A stretch of DNA of 64,000 nt from an uncultured Clostridia bacterium (GTDB taxonomy: Bacteria; Bacillota; Clostridia; Christensenellales; UBA1242). Where the stretch lies: the NCBI GenBank assembly GCA_948434855.1, contig CAOJFR010000002.1, forward strand, positions 21,195 through 85,194. The letters run 5' to 3'. The translations under genes and the position numbers were made by a program. Positions 47,968 through 57,008 of the stretch are shown in pieces; the first letter of the stretch is position 1; the number at the start of each line of letters is the position of its first letter. The notes beneath the pieces are model-generated. The model saw nothing but the letters and a program-made list of their open reading frames with translations, was not told the DNA's origin and searched no databases.

Positions 47968-50900
47968 ATGAGAAAAAAAGTTGCAATTAAAAGAAGTTCA
48001 AATAATTCTGAAATGACTAAAAAAAAGAAAATATTTTTAGTTTCTGTTGCAGTGGTTTTGCTTATTGCGGTAACACTTTCAGTGGTGCTTCCAATAGCAC
48101 TAAAAAAACCAAAAGATGTACCATTTAAAATTCCGGCACTTGCTCTTCCAATTGAAGAGCAATATGCGCTGCACAAATTTAAGTTAAACGAGCTGGACAA
48201 CACGGTAACAACCATTCGTGCAGACACAATGAATGTTACAAAAAGGGGCGTGAAAAGAGAGCTTGGCACAAAGGTTTTTGATGATAGCTATAAATTAACC
48301 TATGGCACAGATAGCATTTCAATTGACTTTATGGGTCATTATCCAAGCCCTAGTCATGGCTTTAGTGGAAACTCTGCTGACTATTTAGAAGAAGCAAAAA
48401 AAATGTTTTCATCAGATTCAGATGCTATTGCACTTCAAAAATATAGTTTTTTCTATAAATATATGCTTATGTCACAAGGCTATAATGAAGTGTTTGATTT
48501 GCAAAAATTATCACAAAGCTTGGTTGATGGTTCAAAAGAAGAGTATGCAAAAAATCTTTATAAACACCCAGCAGCAGATGCTCAATATGGCGAAGTTTTG
48601 GGAGAAAATAATGCCGTTGTTAAAGAGATAACTCTAGACACAATATATCGTTCGCTTCATGCAACAGGACTATATATGCCAGCTGGCGAAGTTGTTACTG
48701 TTAAGGTGGAAGGTTTAAAAGAGGGCGAACATATCTCTATGGTCATTGGCAGACAAAACTCTTTGGCTTGGAGGGGTGAAGCTGCTTCTCAGGGGACAAA
48801 CACAACAGGCAAAGATAACTTTTTCTTTAATGCCGACATTATTACCGCTAAGGGCGGATTTAGCGATGCAAATAAATTTAGTTATTCAGAAACAGGTGAT
48901 GTTATTGGACACAAATTTATTCAAAGTCAGTGGGGCAGACAAAATGGCAGAATGCCATGGCTAACAGCAGAGTTCACATTTAATCAAAATGGAACTTATT
49001 ATATTGGCACACCTTATGGTGGAATAATGCACATTGGCATGGGCAACACTTATTCAAAAGTAAAAACAACCATAAGTGGTGCAGTTGAAACACCTCACTA
49101 TATTTTGGGCGTAACAACTCCAGATTATTTTGAAACATATCTTAAGGATGCACCTGGCGTTGTTGGTGTTATGGATACAGAAAATGGTCAGCTTATTGGA
49201 TTAACAGGCGAAGCAGGAACAGAACTTTATATGCGTCAAATAAAAAAAGAAGATGTTCAAAAGCTTGCAATGCTTTGGCATTCATTCTTTGCAGTAAACG
49301 AGTCGTTTACTGGCGGAACATATAACAGAGGCAACATTGTTATGTTTGACTGGCACGTTCCGGCTGGTGCAGCGGTTGCACTTGGTGGATATACCTATGC
49401 TTGTCCAACTAGCTGGTTTAATAATGCAATGAACTATAGAGGATTGCTAACAGCTGGTCAGTGGGGAATTTTGCATGAAGTTGGTCACAGCCATGGTGCA
49501 GCATATGGTTCAATTTGGGGCTTTGGTACCGCAAGAGAAGGCGAAGTTAGAAACAACGCTCTTACACTTTTAAGTTACATTTTGTTCTGCGATGTTGGAA
49601 CAACAATCAGAATGGGTGGTGGAGCAGAACATGGTGGTTATGCAAATCCATATTCAACACTTTCTGAAACGCTAAAATTTCCAAGTCAAGTTCACAATGA
49701 CTTTGATGATGGCACCTATGGCTATTTTCAGTGTTTGGGGATGTATTCAAACATAATGCACTCATTTGGTGCAGAAAAATATTATGAGCTTTTATACACC
49801 TATAAAAATAATCCAAACTTTGTTACAGTAAACACTGCGGGACTCAATGAAACTGATAGAAATCGCAAACTTGCTCTTGCAAAACGTGCAGACTTTGCCT
49901 ATAGATGCTCAACCGTTTTTGGCATGGATTTTAGAAAATATTTTAACACTTTCTATGCCGCAAATATTGACAATAGCATGTTCACAAAAGAGCAACTTAG
50001 TGAAATGAACAAGCTTCCAAAATATGAGCCAATTTCATGTTTTTATGCTGGTGGAATAGACGGCGTTAAAACTTCTGGCGATTATGTTGTTGCATATGGC
50101 GATGATATTGTTTTTGACTTATTGGAAAAAACAATAAGTTCACTTGACAAAGATGGTAAAAAGGGTTTTGAGATTTTATCAGGGGCAAAGGCAACTCATG
50201 GAAAAATTAAAGAACTAGAAAATGGCAAAATTGTCTATTCATTTAATCCGAAATATTTTGGAAATTGTGATGAAATCAAGTTTAAAGTTAAATTAAGTGA
50301 TGGTGTTGTTCATGAGTTTACAATTTATTTAAGAATAAATTATAACAGCACAAAACTTTCAACTTATTCTGAAATAGAGCCAATTTCAGGAAATTATTGG
50401 GATGCTGTTGATGAAATTATTAATACAAAAACACCAACAATTTCTTCAAATCCATATTCTTATATACCAACCTATAAAACAGCAAAAGGCTGGGAAATTA
50501 AGGTTTCAGAGTTTTATTGGAAAGCTCCACGCACAGGCGAAGTAAATTTCAGTTTCAAACTTGACGATGGTTTACGATTCTATTTTGGAGAAAATTTTAA
50601 CTCTTTAGAAGATCAAGGTTATTATAGCAGTTATTCAAGCAGTTGGGTTAAACATAGTAAAGCCTTTAAGGTTGAGGCAGGAAAATATTATGCTATAAAG
50701 CTTGTTAATGTTAATAAGGGTGGAAATGGATCTGCAGCAATTGGCTATAACTATTCAGGCGAAAACACTCAAAACATTGCAATTGCAGATGTCTTTAATC
50801 CAAATTATCCTCATGGAGAATATCACGAAGATTATAATCCTAAGAAAACAAACATAGAAACTTTTGTTTTTGAGCCATCATATTTGGTATCAAAAAAAGA

Positions 50901-52530
50901 CGGAATTTCTGTTTCAACCACAGGCACCGACAAGGGTAGGTGGCAAGTTTTAAAGGCATCAAAAGTTAGTGATACGGAAAATAATAAAGATTATATTAAT
51001 GGCAATAGAATAACAACCATAACAAGGACAGAGGTTGTAAGAGATGAAAACGGAAACCCAGTTATGCGACCTGACGGAACTTTTGAAACTCAAAACTTTA
51101 CGCTTGAAGTTGACCAATGGTCATATCTTGTTGATGGCGACTTATCAAACTATTTGCATACTGTTTATGGAAAATATCCTGCAGAGAGTTTTGCAAGTGA
51201 AGCCGATCCATTTGAGTTTATTATTGACACAGGCAGAGAACAGTCATTTAACTACTTTAAGGTTATAACCAGAACTGGTGCACTTGGAGTTTCAAAAATA
51301 ACAAAATATGAGCTTCAAATTTCAAGTGATGGAAACACTTATACCACCATTTCAAAGGGTGATGAACTTGCTTATAAAAACAATATTGCAACCTTGAAAT
51401 TTGACACAGTAACAGGAAGATATTTCAGACTTCTTGTTAAAGATACCACAGGAAATGCTGGAAAATTTGTTGTTATTGCAGAGCTTGATGCGGGCATAGA
51501 GTCAAAAACACAAAGACTTATTCCATCAACCAGCTCACTTCTATTCACAACAAAACACTGGAAAAATTCTTCAGATATTTCAAGTGAACAAAGCGGGTTT
51601 ATGATTGCTGAAAGAAAGCGTCAAAAAATGGTTGTTAGATTTAATGGTGAAAACCTTGCACTTTATGCAGCCGTTGGCAAAGATTTTGGAATGGCTGACA
51701 TAAAGCTTGACGGAAAATATTATACAACAATAGACTTTAGCAGCGACATTGCAGAGTCAAGAAAATTAATGCTTAACTTAGAAAATTTAGAAGATGAAAC
51801 ACACACATTAGAAATTATAACAAAATCTTCAGGGAGGGTAATGATATATATGCTCGGAATCAATTACACATCAGAGCTTGTTAATGCTCCAAACATTTAT
51901 TTAGAGCGAGGACTTACAATTTCACTTATTGTGTTTGTATTATTATTTGCAGCGCTTCTTGCGTTTGTGCTTTGCTTGTTGTTTATTCCAAAGTTCAGAA
52001 AGCTTATGGGAGGCAACAGAGCAATTGCGGCACTTGATGTTCACATGGAAAAACGCAGTGAAAAAATAAAGGCAAAGCGTGCTGAAAAGAAAAGACAAAA
52101 AGAAGAACAGGCTACTATTGAAAAATATAAGTCAGCTGATGTTGGTGTTAAACAAAAACCAATATCAACTTCTCAATCAAAAGTTGCAATAAAAAAACAA
52201 GTGCCAAACAAACCTGAAGTTAAGACAAAACCAGAAGCAGTTAAAAAGTCAGCAGAGAAGCCAGCAGAAAAATCTCAAGTAAAACCTGTTAATAAACCAG
52301 CAGAAAAACCAAAAAATAATTCTGCAGAAAATTCTAAGGCAAAACCAGTAGCGAGCAAAGCACTTCCAAAAGAGCCAGCAAAACAGACAAAAAATAACAG
52401 TGTAAATGCAGCAAAGCCAGAGGCAAAAAAGACAACAACCACTGCAAAACCTGCTAGCAAGCCAGCTCAAACAAAGACAAGTGCTGCTTCAAAAAGTGCA
52501 AAAACAGCAGCAAAAAATACTAAAAAATAG
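47968..52530 (+). CDS. Giant surface protein: M60-like zinc metallopeptidase with PA14-like and F5/8-type-C-like domains, TM helices at both ends and a Lys/Pro/Ala-rich tail
   Basis: 1520 aa; HEVGH (49474-49488) plus downstream Glu (REGEVRNN); N-terminal TM; discoidin-like YELQISSDGNTYTTI region; C-terminal TM, then a 179-aa basic tail. Confidence 0.8.
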   Translation: MRKKVAIKRSSNNSEMTKKKKIFLVSVAVVLLIAVTLSVVLPIALKKPKDVPFKIPALALPIEEQYALHKFKLNELDNTVTTIRADTMNVTKRGVKRELGTKVFDDSYKLTYGTDSISIDFMGHYPSPSHGFSGNSADYLEEAKKMFSSDSDAIALQKYSFFYKYMLMSQGYNEVFDLQKLSQSLVDGSKEEYAKNLYKHPAADAQYGEVLGENNAVVKEITLDTIYRSLHATGLYMPAGEVVTVKVEGLKEGEHISMVIGRQNSLAWRGEAASQGTNTTGKDNFFFNADIITAKGGFSDANKFSYSETGDVIGHKFIQSQWGRQNGRMPWLTAEFTFNQNGTYYIGTPYGGIMHIGMGNTYSKVKTTISGAVETPHYILGVTTPDYFETYLKDAPGVVGVMDTENGQLIGLTGEAGTELYMRQIKKEDVQKLAMLWHSFFAVNESFTGGTYNRGNIVMFDWHVPAGAAVALGGYTYACPTSWFNNAMNYRGLLTAGQWGILHEVGHSHGAAYGSIWGFGTAREGEVRNNALTLLSYILFCDVGTTIRMGGGAEHGGYANPYSTLSETLKFPSQVHNDFDDGTYGYFQCLGMYSNIMHSFGAEKYYELLYTYKNNPNFVTVNTAGLNETDRNRKLALAKRADFAYRCSTVFGMDFRKYFNTFYAANIDNSMFTKEQLSEMNKLPKYEPISCFYAGGIDGVKTSGDYVVAYGDDIVFDLLEKTISSLDKDGKKGFEILSGAKATHGKIKELENGKIVYSFNPKYFGNCDEIKFKVKLSDGVVHEFTIYLRINYNSTKLSTYSEIEPISGNYWDAVDEIINTKTPTISSNPYSYIPTYKTAKGWEIKVSEFYWKAPRTGEVNFSFKLDDGLRFYFGENFNSLEDQGYYSSYSSSWVKHSKAFKVEAGKYYAIKLVNVNKGGNGSAAIGYNYSGENTQNIAIADVFNPNYPHGEYHEDYNPKKTNIETFVFEPSYLVSKKDGISVSTTGTDKGRWQVLKASKVSDTENNKDYINGNRITTITRTEVVRDENGNPVMRPDGTFETQNFTLEVDQWSYLVDGDLSNYLHTVYGKYPAESFASEADPFEFIIDTGREQSFNYFKVITRTGALGVSKITKYELQISSDGNTYTTISKGDELAYKNNIATLKFDTVTGRYFRLLVKDTTGNAGKFVVIAELDAGIESKTQRLIPSTSSLLFTTKHWKNSSDISSEQSGFMIAERKRQKMVVRFNGENLALYAAVGKDFGMADIKLDGKYYTTIDFSSDIAESRKLMLNLENLEDETHTLEIITKSSGRVMIYMLGINYTSELVNAPNIYLERGLTISLIVFVLLFAALLAFVLCLLFIPKFRKLMGGNRAIAALDVHMEKRSEKIKAKRAEKKRQKEEQATIEKYKSADVGVKQKPISTSQSKVAIKKQVPNKPEVKTKPEAVKKSAEKPAEKSQVKPVNKPAEKPKNNSAENSKAKPVASKALPKEPAKQTKNNSVNAAKPEAKKTTTTAKPASKPAQTKTSAASKSAKTAAKNTKK

Positions 52531-52584
52531 TAAAAATACTTAATTTTTAAATAAATTTTTGCATTTTAACATATTTTTCATAAT

Positions 52585-52616
52585 AAAAAGACTGTGATTA
52601 TTTCACAGTCTTTTTT
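52585..52616. terminator. Bidirectional terminator
   Basis: GACTGTGA-TTATT-TCACAGTC flanked by A5 and T6. Confidence 0.85.
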
Positions 52617-52617
52617 A

Positions 52618-53004
52618 TTAAAATTGGTTTTCAATAATTTCAACATCAATTCCATTTGGGTCTTTTATAAAAAAATAAGGTTTACCAAGTCTACCTGACT
52701 TTATTATAATTTCTCCATCAAAAATATTATTGTCCTCTATAAATTTTTTGGCCTTATTAATATCACTTACTCCAAGACCAAAATGTTTGTTCCCAACAGT
52801 TTTTAAATTATTTGCTGAATCTGGTAAGGGGTTTTGCTCGTGGTTATAGAACAATTCAAGTATCATATCTTGAAGTTTTAAAAGCGTAATTTTAACATTG
52901 TCATCCTCATAACTTTTAAATTCTGTAAAACCAAATTTTTTATAAAAATTTATTGATTCTTCCATATTTTCAACAACAATATTTACATGATTAATTTTAA
53001 ACAT
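52618..53004 (-). CDS. VOC (glyoxalase/bleomycin-resistance) family protein
   Basis: 128 aa; the pattern INHVNIVVENMEESINFYKKFGF is typical of the VOC fold. Confidence 0.75.
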   Translation of the reverse strand: MFKINHVNIVVENMEESINFYKKFGFTEFKSYEDDNVKITLLKLQDMILELFYNHEQNPLPDSANNLKTVGNKHFGLGVSDINKAKKFIEDNNIFDGEIIIKSGRLGKPYFFIKDPNGIDVEIIENQF

Positions 53005-53016
53005 ATTATTTCCTTT

Positions 53017-53508
53017 TTATTTACTCAGCTCATTTTTTAAAAGCTCACAAGTATTTTTAATTTTATTTATATTTTCAGGGGTTTTCATATTTTCTTTTGC
53101 ATAGTCTTGAATAGGTTTAATGTTTTTTAAAACTTTACCAAATTTTTCAATCATCCATTTTGCTCTTGGCATAAGCCAAACATGAAAATGATAACCAGCT
53201 TTTTCTTCCAAAACCACATTATATTCTTCACTAATGCCAAATTTTTGAAGTGCAGTTAAACATTTATTAATAAGCTCAATTAAGTTTTTTTGTTCTTCAC
53301 TATTTAGCTCAGTCAATTTTTCAACATGCCTGTTAGATGCAATAACAACAAACCCATCAATAGGCAGTTCAGCATCTTGCAAAACAGAAAAGTATTCGCC
53401 TTTAAAAATATCTGAACCCATAAAATTAAATTTTCCCTCATTAATTGCACAAGCCATGCAACCATCAAATGATTGCTCTTTTCCAGTAAGGTCAATAATT
53501 TTATTCAT
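53017..53508 (-). CDS. HIT-family protein
   Basis: 163 aa; histidine-triad-like GYHFHVWLMPR; N-terminal DGCMACAI. Confidence 0.65.
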   Translation of the reverse strand: MNKIIDLTGKEQSFDGCMACAINEGKFNFMGSDIFKGEYFSVLQDAELPIDGFVVIASNRHVEKLTELNSEEQKNLIELINKCLTALQKFGISEEYNVVLEEKAGYHFHVWLMPRAKWMIEKFGKVLKNIKPIQDYAKENMKTPENINKIKNTCELLKNELSK

Positions 53509-53522
53509 ATTTACTCCTAATT

Positions 53523-53981
53523 TTATTTTGGTGGAAAGATTTTACTTTTAGTGTAAAGAAGTTTAAGCTCTTTAATTTGGCTATAAACTTTTTCGGTTTC
53601 AGCTTTAACAAATTCAACATCAATGCCAGATTCCTTTAATTGGTTAAGAATAATTTCTGCGGCTTTCACATAGTCATTTTTAAATTCTGTATTAATCTTT
53701 TTCCAGTTTATATTTTTAAAATAATTTGCTACCTCTCCGTTATATTCAATTTTGCCTTCAAGCATCATTGTTGCGATAATTGGATATCCAAGTGTTTGCA
53801 TAAAATAAGACATATTGTCATTTGAAATGTAACTGTCTTCAGTTTTTGTTATAGTATATTTTTTTGCATGATCCGATGACTCGGCATAAAAAATGTTGTC
53901 ACCAGCTGAAATTCTATTATCAGCAATTGCACTGTAAGCTTCATAAATTTTTTCTATAATAGGAATTTTATAATAGTTCAT
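53523..53981 (-). CDS. Hypothetical protein (152 aa)
   Basis: Start taken at MNYYKIP (ATG 53981), preceded by AAAGAGG; no motif recognised. Confidence 0.6.
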   Translation of the reverse strand: MNYYKIPIIEKIYEAYSAIADNRISAGDNIFYAESSDHAKKYTITKTEDSYISNDNMSYFMQTLGYPIIATMMLEGKIEYNGEVANYFKNINWKKINTEFKNDYVKAAEIILNQLKESGIDVEFVKAETEKVYSQIKELKLLYTKSKIFPPK

Positions 53982-53982
53982 A

Positions 53983-54513
53983 TTAACCTCTTTTTGTGAA
54001 TGGAACAAAAAAACCAGACATATTCACACCTTCATTTTCAAGTAGCATAACTTTTTTGTCAATTCCGCCAGCATATCCAGTTAAGTTTCCATTTGCTCCA
54101 ACAACTCTGTGGCAGGGAATAATTATTGATATAGGGTTGTGTCCAACTGCTCCGCCAACTGCCTGTGCAGAAACTTTTTTTCCAGTCTTACACTCAATTT
54201 GTTTTGCAATTTCGCCATAGGTGATTGTTTTTCCAAATGGAATGTTTTGCATAACTTTGCAAACACTTTCACGAAAAGCCGAGATATTTTTAAGTAACAA
54301 TTTCGGTGTCCAGTCTGGACACTTACCAGAAAAATAAATATTTAGCCAGTTTTTGGTTTCTTTAAGTATTGGCAAGTCCTTAAAAATAAAATCAGATTTA
54401 TCAAACTTACAAAAATGTTTTTGACCTTCAATCCAAAGTCCAATAAGAGATTCGCCATCGCTAGCCATGCCAATTTGCCCAACAGGCGAGTTGTAGTTAC
54501 TCACATATATCAT
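53983..54513 (-). CDS. ogt: Methylated-DNA--protein-cysteine methyltransferase
   Basis: Active site IIIPCHRVVG; start taken at MIYVSNYNSPVGQ, typical of this family (the ORF extends to 54549). Confidence 0.88.
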   Translation of the reverse strand: MIYVSNYNSPVGQIGMASDGESLIGLWIEGQKHFCKFDKSDFIFKDLPILKETKNWLNIYFSGKCPDWTPKLLLKNISAFRESVCKVMQNIPFGKTITYGEIAKQIECKTGKKVSAQAVGGAVGHNPISIIIPCHRVVGANGNLTGYAGGIDKKVMLLENEGVNMSGFFVPFTKRG

Positions 54514-54618
54514 AAAAAAAGTATAACACATTAAAAGCGAGTTTTGCAACTTTCTCCAATTAATTTCCTATTGCGCTACACTTGTTTAAATTTTTTGATA
54601 TCTTAAAATTATTTTAAG

Positions 54619-55116
54619 TTAAACTAACTCTTCAAAAGCATAAAAAATTTTATGTTTATCAATATAAGAGGTGTTTTCAAGCTTTTTAAATCCATGCTTA
54701 ATGAATAGGTTAATTGATGGAATATTGTTCTTAAAAATTATTACGCGTAGAATTTCAAAATTATTTTTCTTGGCAAAATCATAAACAAATTCTAAAGCTT
54801 TTTTGTCATAACCATGTCTTTGGAACTCTGGGGCAATTGCCAATCTGCTAATATACAAAAAATTTTTATTTTTAGACCAATTGATAACTTGATAATCAGG
54901 ATCATCAAGAGTTGTAAGAACAAAGCATCCAACTAGTCTATTATCATCTTTAATAAAAAACATTTCGCCGTTTTTTATGTCACTTTTTAACTCACAAAGA
55001 GGGTAAGAACCATTCTAAAAAATTCTAACAATATTATTATTTGGGTCGTTTAAAACTTTTTTATATAACTTTTTAACATTAGGATAATCCTTAGCATTTG
55101 CTTTTGTAATCTCCAT
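54619..55116 (-). pseudogene. GNAT N-acetyltransferase interrupted by one in-frame TAG
   Basis: The frame is continuous from ATG 55116 (MEITKANAKDYPNV...) to stop 54619, except for TAG at 55017-55015 (IVRIF*NGSYPL); the distal part has a GNAT core (RLAIAPEFQRHGYDKKALEF). Confidence 0.75.
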
Positions 55117-55348
55117 AAAAAACCTCAAATTTTAATAAGAACATTATATAACAAAATTAAAATGATGTATACAAAAATTTAAAAGTTCATAATTAAAAGC
55201 CAACTGAAATTATGAATGGCACGATTGAACTTAACTAAATATTAGAAATACATAACTGCTAAAAAGATAAATGAGAACTATTTAGTAAATTTTATAAAAT
55301 ATCATTTTATAAAGTTTTAAAAGTTAATATGTCTTTGTATGGTTTTAT

Positions 55349-55560
55349 AATGGTGGCGGTTCGAAATGCAAATTCGAACCTGTCCATAAAAATTTGAACC
55401 CCAACATTATCCATCAGCATTCTCAACAATATGGATCGAATACTCAATTCGAACAAGGGCGTAGGGAACCACAATTCGAACCTTCAAAGAAATTTTCCAA
55501 CCACATAGAATTTATAGACTACATTCCAACCCACGAGGTAATAACATACCGCCACCTATT
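55349..55560. other. Structured non-coding block (~210 nt) closed by a 9+3-bp helix; strand unknown
   Basis: GGTGGCGGT (55352-55360) pairs with ACCGCCACC (55548-55556), plus 3 more pairs past a 1-nt bulge; 8-bp hairpin GGTTCGAA-ATGCAAA-TTCGAACC; AATTCGAAC occurs three times (55371, 55446, 55473). Confidence 0.45.
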
Positions 55561-55612
55561 CGCTTATGGTTTTTATGTGGAGTAAAAATTTTAAAATATT
55601 ACTAATATTAAG

Positions 55613-55641
55613 TTGACAAGTATATTAAACATGATTATTAT
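55613..55641 (+). promoter_or_regulatory. Near-consensus sigma-A promoter of a short non-coding transcript
   Basis: TTGACA, 17-nt spacer, TATTAT. Confidence 0.65.
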
Positions 55642-55647
55642 TAAAGT

Positions 55648-55781
55648 ATGAAGTTAGCACTCAACTGATTTGTTTGCTAAAATAAACAATAAAGAGGTCA
55701 ATATATCGGGATAATTAAGTTTATATAGATTTGTATAAATAAAAAGAACAACACCGAGGTCGCCTCGGTGTTGTTTGTTTT
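55648..55781 (+). ncRNA. Candidate small RNA (~130 nt) delimited by promoter and a 13-bp terminator
   Basis: Terminator AACAACACCGAGG-TCG-CCTCGGTGTTGTT then TGTTTT (55747-55781); the only ORF is a 6-codon one (MKLALN). Confidence 0.5.
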
Positions 55782-55835
55782 AACCTAAAAATGAATTCTT
55801 TAGGCCTGAGAAACTTTGAGAATTCAAATGGGAGG

Positions 55836-55895
55836 TTGATAATGAAATGATCATTATATGCTAATATGTTAACACATTTGTCATTTCATTGTCAA
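55836..55895. repeat. 15-bp inverted repeat (14/15 match) spaced by 30 nt, upstream of the 305-aa gene
   Basis: TTGATAATGAAATGA (55836-55850) versus TCATTTCATTGTCAA (55881-55895); the single mismatch would be a G-U pair in plus-strand RNA. Confidence 0.8.
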
Positions 55896-56090
55896 CAATA
55901 TTTCTACAATTTTTATTAGCATAATTTGCAACTCTAATATAAATTGTTAAATATTTGAGGCAATGATTTTTTGTTTTTAGGTTTACTTCAAATTTTATTA
56001 AAGGAGAAGTAATATGAAAAAAGAGAATACAGAATAACAGAATAAAAACTACAAAAAGCTACAATTAAAATAAAAGTTAAGGAGACAAAA

Positions 56091-57008
56091 ATGGAAAAAG
56101 TAAAAGATTTACTAAATGTGCTAAAAAAATATGGAAACTATTCTTTATATTCAGCAAAGACAAATGTAAAGAACAAAAAAATTTATAAATACGATCAAGA
56201 GGTTAATAAAAAATTAGTTCTTGATAGGAAACTAGAAGTATTGGAACAGTTAAGCGAGTGTCCTATTTATGAATATGATGTTTATAGTATAGATAAAGAT
56301 ATTATTCAACAAATTAGCGTTGATAAAATAAATTGGTTTGACATTCAGAAATCAATTAACGAGTTAGACCCACAAAACTTAAATGAAATAAATCCTACTA
56401 TTATAAATAGATTAACTGATATGGACATATTGTTATTGGATTTAGAAGATGGCAGACAGGCATATATCATTAACAAACACATAACTATTGGTTCCGCTTT
56501 TAGAAATAAAACAATGTTTTCTAAAAAAACGTTACTTGCGGAAGACAATATTTATGCATTTAACGATTATCCAGATGTAGTAATTTTGGATAACAATTGC
56601 TATATCTTTAACGAAAATAAGTTTAATTCGATGTTTAATTTTAGAGAAAAAATAGATAAAAAGGTAGAAGGGTCAAAAGAGATAATAACGTCATGGCAAT
56701 TTATACAAGATGGCGAGATGTTTTATCAATATTGTTTAAAAAATTACAATACAAAAAGAGCAATAATAAAAGTCCTTGACAAAGATGGCGTTGATCTATT
56801 GACAACTTCTTCGCCTTCAACAATAAAGAAAAAATTGTTAAGCCATGATGAATTGGTTGATAAGTTAACTTTTGATCCGAATACAAGCAAACTATTAGTT
56901 AATGATGAAATTTGTGATTTAATATTAAAGATATTAACTAATAAGATAGGTCAGGACTTATTTACGGATAAGTTATTTGGTATGGGAGATGGCGATGAAG
57001 TTAATTAA
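56091..57008 (+). CDS. Hypothetical soluble protein (305 aa); candidate sensor/partner of a membrane defence pair (KwaB/DUF4868-like?)
   Basis: ATG after RBS AAGGAGA; no TM segments; its end overlaps the next gene by 14 nt. The family assignment is only a size, context and pattern impression. Confidence 0.8.
   Translation: MEKVKDLLNVLKKYGNYSLYSAKTNVKNKKIYKYDQEVNKKLVLDRKLEVLEQLSECPIYEYDVYSIDKDIIQQISVDKINWFDIQKSINELDPQNLNEINPTIINRLTDMDILLLDLEDGRQAYIINKHITIGSAFRNKTMFSKKTLLAEDNIYAFNDYPDVVILDNNCYIFNENKFNSMFNFREKIDKKVEGSKEIITSWQFIQDGEMFYQYCLKNYNTKRAIIKVLDKDGVDLLTTSSPSTIKKKLLSHDELVDKLTFDPNTSKLLVNDEICDLILKILTNKIGQDLFTDKLFGMGDGDEVN

Noticed and set aside
52249-52470. Minus-strand ORFs antisense to the M60 protein tail
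   Set aside because: They are mirror translations of the K/P/A-rich repeat region. They are artefacts.
55349-55560. tmRNA or tRNA gene, suggested by GGTTCGAAT motifs and a …GCCACCA-like end on the minus strand
   Set aside because: None of the three T-loop-like motifs is flanked by complementary 5-bp T-stems. No acceptor/ACCA geometry, no tag ORF and no GGGG 5' end are present, and the length is too short for tmRNA.
55394-55585. 63-aa ORF (MNPNIIHQHSQQYG…) in the island's non-coding block
   Set aside because: It has a TTG start with no RBS. The open frame extends upstream without any start codon, and the sequence is dominated by the AATTCGAAC repeats. A degraded gene remnant cannot be fully excluded, as noted in the finding.
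56014-56037. 7-codon mini-ORF (MKKENTE) with strong RBS AAAGGAGAAG, 54 nt upstream of the 305-aa gene
   Set aside because: It could be a leader peptide, but a 7-codon ORF cannot be supported from sequence alone. It is noted only as context for the candidate defence operon.
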